Of a DNA stretch of 57,477 nucleotides, positions 51,038 through 57,477 are shown piece by piece (position 1 is the stretch's first letter; the number at the start of each line of letters is the position of its first letter). Position numbers and translations under genes: made by a program. This DNA is from Prochloraceae cyanobacterium. Its GTDB lineage: Bacteria; Cyanobacteriota; Cyanobacteriia; Cyanobacteriales; JASJDA01. Location of the stretch: positions 1 through 57,477 of the forward strand of contig JASJCW010000005.1 in NCBI GenBank assembly GCA_030065265.1. The letters are read 5' to 3'. The notes beneath the pieces were generated by a model. It saw only the letters and a program-made list of their open reading frames with translations, was not told where the DNA came from and searched no databases.

Positions 51038-51096
51038 TATTTGACAATACGTCAATTAAAAAGCCTTGTTTAAAGAGTATCGAAATCCACAAAAGA
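51038..51096 (+). promoter_or_regulatory. Upstream repeat module 2 with palindrome TTGAC-AATAC-GTCAA (51041-51055), about 90 nt upstream of the oxidase operon start
   Basis: This is the second copy of the module. Its position suits an operator or promoter-proximal site for 51141 onwards. No convincing -10/-35 pair could be assigned. Confidence 0.35.
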
Positions 51097-51140
51097 TCTT
51101 AGCTCCCTCAAATATATTGAGGTAGAAACAAGGAGAAAAT

Positions 51141-51638
51141 ATGGAAAATATACAGTGGTTAAACGACCACAATTTACCTTATCCAGATACGATGCATCCG
51201 ATTGTAGTTCACTTTGTAATTGCAATGGTATTATTTGCTTTTGTTTGCGATGCGATCGGCTATTTTACCCGCAATTATCTTTTATTTGAGGTTAGTTGGT
51301 GGAATATGTGCGTCGCAACTATCTCTATCTTTGTAGCGGTTATTTTCGGTCAATTTGAAGCAGGATTGGCAGAACCTTATGAAGTGGTCGAACCAGTCTT
51401 AAATCTACATACTTTAATTGGCTGGTCGCTTTCAGCTATCATCGCTGCGATTACGGCTTGGAGATACGTAATTCGCTCTCGAAATGCCAAAAAACTCCCA
51501 ATACCTTATCTGGGAATATCACTTTTTTTAGTGACTATCGTCGGATTTCAAGTCTATTTAGGGGATGTTTTAGTCTGGGTTTACGGACTGCATACAGTAC
51601 CAGTTGTCGAAGCAATTAAGGAAGGAATTTTACAATGA
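51141..51638 (+). CDS. DUF2231-like integral membrane protein
   Basis: 165 aa with 4-5 TM segments. The N-terminal motif HPIVVHFVIAMVLFAF resembles the DUF2231 HP..VHFP signature. Its stop overlaps the next start (ATGA). Confidence 0.65.
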   Translation: MENIQWLNDHNLPYPDTMHPIVVHFVIAMVLFAFVCDAIGYFTRNYLLFEVSWWNMCVATISIFVAVIFGQFEAGLAEPYEVVEPVLNLHTLIGWSLSAIIAAITAWRYVIRSRNAKKLPIPYLGISLFLVTIVGFQVYLGDVLVWVYGLHTVPVVEAIKEGILQ

Positions 51639-52234
51639 ATCCCGAATTAATTAACCAATTTGATTTAGGAATTAATGGATTGCCCTATACAATTCCAATT
51701 CATCCTAATTTAGTTCATCTCAGTATAGGTTTGTTTATTGTTGCGATCGCCTGCGATATTTTAGGAGTCTTTTTTCCTTTGGGAAAACCGATTTTTAAAT
51801 TGCTAGCATTGCCTGCGATTCCTAATAATTTTTTTGCAGTTGGTTGGTACAATATGCTGGCTGCGGCGATCGCAAGCTTTTTTACGGTTGGAGCAGGTTT
51901 TTATGAAATGATGCTGGCAGATCCTTTAACTGATGTTAAAAGTGCCTGGGGATTGGCAGCAATGGAAACTATGCTTTGGCACGGTGTTGGCGGTGTTTTT
52001 CTGTTAATTTTGATGGTTGGTATGACGGTTTGGAGAGGCTGTCAAAGATATTTTTGGAACAAAGATAAAGTTTCACAAGTGCAATGGACTTATTTGCTAG
52101 CAGGATTAGCAATTATGTTTATTATGTTCCTTCACGGCACTTTAGGGGCGCAATTGGCAGCAGAATTTGAAGTACATAATACGGCAGGAAATTTATTGCG
52201 ATTAGGAGAAAATCCCAATCTATTATTACAATGA
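51635..52234 (+). CDS. DUF2231-like integral membrane protein (second paralogue)
   Basis: 199 aa with the motif IHPNLVHLSIGLFIVAI and multiple TM segments. Both junctions are ATGA overlaps (51635-51638 and 52231-52234). Confidence 0.65.
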   Translation: MNPELINQFDLGINGLPYTIPIHPNLVHLSIGLFIVAIACDILGVFFPLGKPIFKLLALPAIPNNFFAVGWYNMLAAAIASFFTVGAGFYEMMLADPLTDVKSAWGLAAMETMLWHGVGGVFLLILMVGMTVWRGCQRYFWNKDKVSQVQWTYLLAGLAIMFIMFLHGTLGAQLAAEFEVHNTAGNLLRLGENPNLLLQ

Positions 52235-53109
52235 AAATTCGCAACATTTTAATTATTTTAGGGGCAGTTGCTTTAAATACTTTTGTTTCTCTTTATATCG
52301 GAGAGTCTGCTTATAATTGGCTTCCGGTACAAGCAGCAGCAGAATCTTTACTTGTCGATCGTTTGTTTAGTTTTTTGGTTACTTTGGGTGCTTTTATCTT
52401 TTTAGGAGTAACTGGCACTTTAATTTATTCGATGATTTTCCATCGCGCAGCTGAATACGATCTTAGCGACGGGCCGGCGATCGAAGGTAATCTAACTTTA
52501 GAAATAGTTTGGACGGTAATTCCGATTTTATTGGTATTTTGGATCGCTGGTTACAGCTATCAAGTTTACGTTAAAATGGCGATTCGCGGGCCGATGGAAC
52601 ACGCACATTCCCATCAAATGGAAGCGGTTTCTGTGGCTGAAAATAGAGAAAAAATTGAAGTAATTTCTAAACAATGGGCTTGGGTTTTTCGCTACCCCGA
52701 TCGCAATATTACTAGTACGGAATTGCATTTACCGGTCGATCGCCGGGTACATTTAGCTTTAACATCAGAAGATGTGATTCACGGTTTTTATATTCCTGCT
52801 TTTCGAGTTAAACAGGATATTATCCCGAACCACAAGATTGATTTTGAGTTTACTCCGATCCGCGAAGGTAATTATCGATTGACCGACTCTCAATATAGCG
52901 GTACTTTTTTTGCGACAATGGCAGCTAATGTAGTTGTCGAGTCTGCTGAAGATTATCAAAATTGGCTTGAAGATGCAGCTAAACGCAAGCCAAGCGCAGC
53001 ATACAATCAAGCAGCTTTTGAGTATAACCAAGAATTACAACATCCCCACGCTTCAGGTTGGCAAACTATTGCACCTGCATCTCCTCCTGTAGTTAATTAT
53101 CACAATTAA
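52231..53109 (+). CDS. ctaC: Heme-copper oxidase subunit II lacking the CuA site (ARTO-type CtaCII)
   Basis: Two N-terminal TM helices precede a cupredoxin domain with EDVIHGFYIPAFRVKQD. The position of the CuA loop C-x-E-x-C-G-x2-H-x2-M reads DSQYSGTFFATM (52885-52920), with no Cys and no His. Confidence 0.85.
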   Translation: MKIRNILIILGAVALNTFVSLYIGESAYNWLPVQAAAESLLVDRLFSFLVTLGAFIFLGVTGTLIYSMIFHRAAEYDLSDGPAIEGNLTLEIVWTVIPILLVFWIAGYSYQVYVKMAIRGPMEHAHSHQMEAVSVAENREKIEVISKQWAWVFRYPDRNITSTELHLPVDRRVHLALTSEDVIHGFYIPAFRVKQDIIPNHKIDFEFTPIREGNYRLTDSQYSGTFFATMAANVVVESAEDYQNWLEDAAKRKPSAAYNQAAFEYNQELQHPHASGWQTIAPASPPVVNYHN

Positions 53110-53200
53110 GGGAATAGGCAATAGGCAATAGGCAATAGGCAATAGGCAATAGCGGCAGAAGCCCGTCCAAGGCAACGCTGGCTAAGACAGGCAATAAGTT
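53110..53200. repeat. Heptamer array (GGCAATA x5) plus degenerate GC-rich module in the ctaC-ctaD spacer
   Basis: 53110-53151 reads gggaata ggcaata ggcaata ggcaata ggcaata ggcaata. It is followed by GCGGCAGAAGCCCGTCCAAGGCAACGCTGGCTAAGACAGGC, which is related to the ends of the module at 44937-45035. Confidence 0.75.
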
Positions 53201-53232
53201 TCAAGTTTGAAAATAGGTTCATCAATTTTAAA

Positions 53233-54978
53233 ATGAAAATAGACGATTTTAAAAAGATAAATATTGAAGTTGAACGACTTCATTACGATCGACTCGAAAA
53301 AGAGCCAGGAAGAGACTGGAAAAGATATTTTACTTTTAGCACCGATCATAAAGTCATAGGCATTCAGTATCTAGTTACTGCTTTCTTTTTCTTTTTGGTT
53401 GGCGGTATTTTTGCGATGATAATTCGAGCTGAGTTAATTACTCCTGCTTCGGATCTGGTCGATCGCACGGTTTATAACGGAATGTTCACGATGCACGGCA
53501 CGATCATGCTGTTTTTATGGACTTTTCCGTCTTTAGTGGGTTTAGCTAATTATTTAGTTCCGATCCAAATTGGGGCTGAAGATATGGCATTTCCCCGCCT
53601 CAATGCGGCTGCTTTTTGGTTAGTGCCAGTAGTTGCTATTTTAACGATCGCGGGCTTTTTTGTGCCTGGTGGTTCGGCGCAAGCTGGTTGGTGGTCTTAT
53701 CCTCCTGTCAGTACCCAAAATCCGACTGGTTTCTTAATTAACGGGCAATTTTTGTGGATTTTGGCGATTTTTGTCTCCGGGATATCTTCAATTATGGGGG
53801 CGGTTAATTTTGTAACGACTATTTTCCGCATGCGGGCCCCGGGGATGACTTTATTTCGGATGCCAATTTTTGTTTGGACGGTATTGAGTGCCCAAATTAT
53901 TCAGTTATTTGGCTTACCTGCTTTAACTGCTGGCTCGGTAATGTTAATGTGCGATCTGACGGTTGGAACGACTTTTTTCGATCCGGCTTTAGGTGGAGAT
54001 GCGGTTTTATTTCAGCATTTTTTCTGGTTTTATTCCCATCCGGCAGTTTACGTGATTATTTTGCCTATTTTCGGGATTTTTTCGGAGATATTTCCGGTTT
54101 ATTCTCGCAAGCCCCTATTCGGTTATCACGTTGTAGCAATTTCATCGATAATTATTGCTGCAGTTAGTGCTTTGGTATGGGTGCATCATATGTATGCTAG
54201 CGGGACTGCTAATTGGATGCGACTTGTTTTTATGATCTCGACAATGTGCGTATCTGTACCTACGGGAATTAAAGTATTTGCTTGGCTGGGTACTATTTGG
54301 CGAGGTAAATTGCGTTTTAATACGGCAATGTTATTTGCTTTAGGCGGCTTGGTAATGTTTGTTTTTGCAGGTATTACTGGCATTATGCTGGCTGCAGTAC
54401 CGATCGACATTCACGTTAATAATACTTACTTTGTCGTCGGTCATTTCCATTACGTGCTTTACGGTACGGTAACCATGGGTATGTTTGCGGCTATTTACCA
54501 TTGGTTTCCGAAAATGACGGGCAGAATGTATAACGAAGGTTGGGGACAAATCCACTTTTGGCTGACCTTTTTGGGGACTAATTTAAACTTTTTTCCGATG
54601 CATTCATTAGGTTTACACGGAATGCTGCGCCGCGTCGCTTCCTACGCTCCAGAGTATATGTTTTCAAATGTTTTGGCTAGTTTGGGTGGTTTTTTACTGG
54701 GAATGTCAACTTTACCGTTTATTTTCAACATCATTATCTCTTGGATCGATGGTGAAAAAGCGGGTAACAATCCTTGGCGCGCGATCGGACTGGAATGGTT
54801 AGTTGCTTCTCCTCCTCCGATTGAAAATTTTGATGAAATTCCGATTGTTATTTCCGAACCTTACGGTTATGGCAAGTCCGAACCTTTAACTCTCGATCGC
54901 CCTTTTATTGAAGTAGAAACAATTGAAAAAATCACTTTGGCAACAACAGATAACCAAGTAGAAATTAACAATAACTAA
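53233..54978 (+). CDS. ctaD: Heme-copper oxidase subunit I
   Basis: 581 aa with 12 or more TM segments. The motifs are FWFYSHPAVYVIILP (CuB His), VWVHHMYASG and VGHFHYVLYG. Confidence 0.93.
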   Translation: MKIDDFKKINIEVERLHYDRLEKEPGRDWKRYFTFSTDHKVIGIQYLVTAFFFFLVGGIFAMIIRAELITPASDLVDRTVYNGMFTMHGTIMLFLWTFPSLVGLANYLVPIQIGAEDMAFPRLNAAAFWLVPVVAILTIAGFFVPGGSAQAGWWSYPPVSTQNPTGFLINGQFLWILAIFVSGISSIMGAVNFVTTIFRMRAPGMTLFRMPIFVWTVLSAQIIQLFGLPALTAGSVMLMCDLTVGTTFFDPALGGDAVLFQHFFWFYSHPAVYVIILPIFGIFSEIFPVYSRKPLFGYHVVAISSIIIAAVSALVWVHHMYASGTANWMRLVFMISTMCVSVPTGIKVFAWLGTIWRGKLRFNTAMLFALGGLVMFVFAGITGIMLAAVPIDIHVNNTYFVVGHFHYVLYGTVTMGMFAAIYHWFPKMTGRMYNEGWGQIHFWLTFLGTNLNFFPMHSLGLHGMLRRVASYAPEYMFSNVLASLGGFLLGMSTLPFIFNIIISWIDGEKAGNNPWRAIGLEWLVASPPPIENFDEIPIVISEPYGYGKSEPLTLDRPFIEVETIEKITLATTDNQVEINNN

Positions 54979-54986
54979 GGATAATA

Positions 54987-55616
54987 ATGAATAACGATTC
55001 GATAGCGCAACAGCCAGAATTTTTACCAGACATCAACACTTTTTATCAAAACTCTTTGCATAAAATACACGACCATGAAGGTCATAGTATGTTTGGGTTT
55101 ATTGTCTTTTTACTTTCTGAAAGTATTATCTTTCTATCTTTTTTTGCTGGATATATTGTCTACAAAACTAATACTGTTGATTGGCTGCCTCCTGGTGTTT
55201 CTGGGTTGGAAGTTAAAGAACCATTAATTAATACAGTAATTTTGATTTCTAGTAGTTTTGTAATTTATTTAGCAGAAAGAGAATTACACCGCAATAATTT
55301 GCCAGGATTTCGCTTTTATTTAATTGCAACTATGGCGATGGGAAGTTACTTTCTCTACGGACAAGCGATCGAATGGAACAGTCTTGAATTTGGCTTTACT
55401 AGCGGCGTATTTGGTGGTACTTTTTACTTACTTACTGGGTTTCACGGCTTGCACGTTTTTACGGGGGTTTTGTTGCAGGGAATTATGTTGAGCCGATCTT
55501 TTATTCCTGGTAATTACGATACCGGCCATTTCGGAATTAATGCTACTTCCTTATTTTGGCACTTTGTCGATGTAATTTGGATTATTCTGTTCGTTCTAAT
55601 TTATGTTTGGCAATAG
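54987..55616 (+). CDS. ctaE: Heme-copper oxidase subunit III
   Basis: 209 aa with the motifs FYLLTGFHGLHVFTGV and LFWHFVDVIWIILFVLIYVW. Confidence 0.9.
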   Translation: MNNDSIAQQPEFLPDINTFYQNSLHKIHDHEGHSMFGFIVFLLSESIIFLSFFAGYIVYKTNTVDWLPPGVSGLEVKEPLINTVILISSSFVIYLAERELHRNNLPGFRFYLIATMAMGSYFLYGQAIEWNSLEFGFTSGVFGGTFYLLTGFHGLHVFTGVLLQGIMLSRSFIPGNYDTGHFGINATSLFWHFVDVIWIILFVLIYVWQ

Positions 55617-55648
55617 CATAGTTTAAGTCTCCTTTTCTAAGGAGATCG

Positions 55649-55687
55649 GTCTGGAGAAAGTGCGGCGATTATCCAGACAATTTTTTA
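55649..55687 (+). terminator. Rho-independent terminator after ctaE (could act bidirectionally)
   Basis: A stem forms between GTCTGGA (55649-55655) and TCCAGAC (55672-55678), followed by AATTTTTT. A second small hairpin TCTCCTT-ttct-AAGGAGA lies just upstream. Confidence 0.6.
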
Positions 55688-55703
55688 TTTTCATTCTCAT
55701 GAT

Positions 55704-55919
55704 TTAATCGTTAGGAACTTCTTTATATTCTGGTCTGTATTTGATAGATTGGCTTTGCAAAAGTTGATAGTGAATTTTTGCCATAGTCCCAGAAAATTCG
55801 AGCGGTTCGTTCAGACCTAAAAAATAAATTAGTATTTTATCTTCTTCTCTAGTCCAATAAACTACTTTGTTTAGGTCGAAGCCATGATCGTGGTCTATTT
55901 GAATGAATTGATTCCGCAT
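55704..55919 (-). CDS. Hypothetical small protein
   Basis: 71-aa ORF with non-repetitive composition. No family is recognised. Confidence 0.35.
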   Translation of the reverse strand: MRNQFIQIDHDHGFDLNKVVYWTREEDKILIYFLGLNEPLEFSGTMAKIHYQLLQSQSIKYRPEYKEVPND

Positions 55920-56446
55920 TATCTGCCTTGAGTTGATTCAAAATTTATTTATTTTTCTGTCTTAGTAATTTTAAAAGCAGTTTTAATTAATAAATCTGCT
56001 TTCCATTATATCAGAATTCGTTTTGATTTTTAAATTATTAATTTATATAACATAGCTATTTTTAGAGCGCATTTTATATTAAAGATTGACAAAAAAAATT
56101 TACAATCATCTTGCGATCGCTTTGGCAAAATTACCTAAAAAAATCAATGAAATAATTGCAAATAGTAGGATGCGATCGGAGATCGGAAGTTTTATTTTCT
56201 CCCTAAAAATTGAGCTGTTTTTATTTAAATTTCTTTTTAATCGCAGGATCGTTTATTTAATATTTTTAGCAGGTTGTTTTAATATAGTCATTAATAATGA
56301 AAACAAAAATACGCCTTATTACATAAAGATTTACATCAATTAAACTCTTGTAATCGATTATTTTAAAAATAGAAAATTTAATGGCAGGACATAAAATATT
56401 TCGTTACTTTAAAACTTAGCTATTTGATGATAAATAGAGGAAAGAG

Positions 56447-57477
56447 TTGGTGGATTTTTTGAGTAATGCAGTAGTGTTATCGCGGATGCAATTCGCGCTG
56501 ACTGCGATTTTTCATATGTTGTGGCCGCTACTTACCACGGGTATGGGAATTTATTTAGTCTTAGTCGAAGGCATGTGGTTAAAAACTCGCAATCCTAGTT
56601 ATTATTATCATGCTCGTTTTTGGTCAAAACTTTACTTACTAAATTTTGGGATCGGTGTAGCCTCGGGGATACCGATGGAATTCCAGTTTGGCACGAATTG
56701 GGCCCCTTTTTCTGAAGCTGTGGGGGATTTTTTCGGCAGTATTTTGGGTTTTGAAGCGGCGATGGCTTTTATGCTGGAAGCTGGTTTTTTGGGAATTATG
56801 ATGTTTGGTTGGGAAAGAGTTCCCCCAGCTATTCACTACCTCTCGACAATTATGGTCGCTTTTGGGGCTAATTTGTCGGTTTTTTGGATTTTAATTGCTA
56901 ATTCTTGGATGCAAACGCCTGCGGGGGGTACTTTTGTTGATGGTAAATTTATTGTCGGGGATTATTTCCAAGCTTTGCTAAATCCGTTTATGGCGATTAG
57001 CGTCTCCCATATGTTTTTGGCAACTTTAGAAACATCTTTATTCGTCATCGGTGGAATAAGTGCTTGGTATATTGTCAACAAACGCAATTCTGAGTTTTTT
57101 GCTTTATCTTTGAAAGTTGTTTTAGCAACTGCGATCGCCGTAGCCCCTTTACAATTGGCAATGGGCCATTTAAGCGGGGTGCAAGTGAGGGAATATCAAC
57201 CAACTAAATTAGCTGCTTTAGAAGCACAATGGGAAACAGCAGCAGCAGGAAAACCCGCACCTTGGAGTGCGATCGCCCTACCTAACGAAGAGGAGGCTAA
57301 AAATGATTTTGAAATTGCCATACCCAATGCTTTAGGCTATATTCTCGAATTTAAACCGAAATTATCCGAGCCAGTATTAGGATTGAGAGAGTGGCAACCG
57401 GAAAATAGACCCCATTTAATTTGGTTAATTTACTATTCTTTCCGCATTATGGTGGCGATCGGTTTTTATTTTGCTGG
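56447..57477 (+). CDS. cydA: Cytochrome bd-type quinol oxidase subunit I, N-terminal part (continues past the right edge of the window)
   Basis: The frame is open from TTG 56447 / GTG 56450, with AGAGGAAAGAG upstream, to the window end. The motifs are LSRMQFALTAIFHMLWPLLTTGMG, GIPMEFQFGTNW and FMLEAGFLGIMMFGW. It is not in the ORF track because it is open-ended. Confidence 0.9.
   Translation, partial: MVDFLSNAVVLSRMQFALTAIFHMLWPLLTTGMGIYLVLVEGMWLKTRNPSYYYHARFWSKLYLLNFGIGVASGIPMEFQFGTNWAPFSEAVGDFFGSILGFEAAMAFMLEAGFLGIMMFGWERVPPAIHYLSTIMVAFGANLSVFWILIANSWMQTPAGGTFVDGKFIVGDYFQALLNPFMAISVSHMFLATLETSLFVIGGISAWYIVNKRNSEFFALSLKVVLATAIAVAPLQLAMGHLSGVQVREYQPTKLAALEAQWETAAAGKPAPWSAIALPNEEEAKNDFEIAIPNALGYILEFKPKLSEPVLGLREWQPENRPHLIWLIYYSFRIMVAIGFYFA

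Noticed and set aside
56086-56343. 85-aa ORF upstream of cydA, plus a TTGACA (56086-56091) / TACAAT (56101-56106) pair
   Set aside because: The ORF is Ile/Asn/Lys/Phe-rich AT-driven sequence with no RBS. The hexamers are only 9 nt apart, so they cannot form a sigma-70 promoter.
56639-56836. 65-aa minus-strand ORF
   Set aside because: It is antisense within the clearly recognisable cydA reading frame.

Overview
This is a cyanobacterial chromosomal segment. The evidence is a very high density of the HIP1 palindrome GCGATCGC, an unmistakable ntcA, sqdB/sqdX, a devBCA-type exporter, a multi-GAF taxis receptor and cyanobacterial terminal oxidases. Most of the window is housekeeping or conserved: priA, a group-2 sigma factor, carB, ntcA, fabI, hisB, a TamB/TIC236-like giant protein, nfi and the DUF2997/DUF1257/ferredoxin trio. 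The accessory or unusual content falls into six groups. (1) A Pix/Tax-type chemotaxis-like operon at 23.1-34.5 kb has two tandem PATAN-REC regulators and a five-GAF soluble MCP. (2) A devB-GNAT-devC-devA operon carries an acetyltransferase between the exporter genes. (3) An internally deleted IS605-type element at 49.1-50.3 kb combines a tnpA 3' remnant with a 5'-truncated tnpB. (4) A dispersed family of composite MITE-like elements is built around heptanucleotide arrays. There are at least 9 copies, three of them nested next to the IS, one inside the oxidase operon and one forming a long hairpin between sqdB and sqdX. (5) An ARTO-type heme-copper oxidase operon has a subunit II that visibly lacks the CuA ligands. 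It is preceded by two translationally coupled DUF2231-like membrane genes and by a duplicated palindrome-containing upstream module. (6) The start of cydA lies directly downstream. I found no tRNA, rRNA or CRISPR array by eye. I do not see a convincing novel defence-type system. The most novel-looking items are the DUF2231 pair coupled to the CuA-less oxidase, the embedded GNAT and the repeat family. All family assignments come from motif recognition without database searches.
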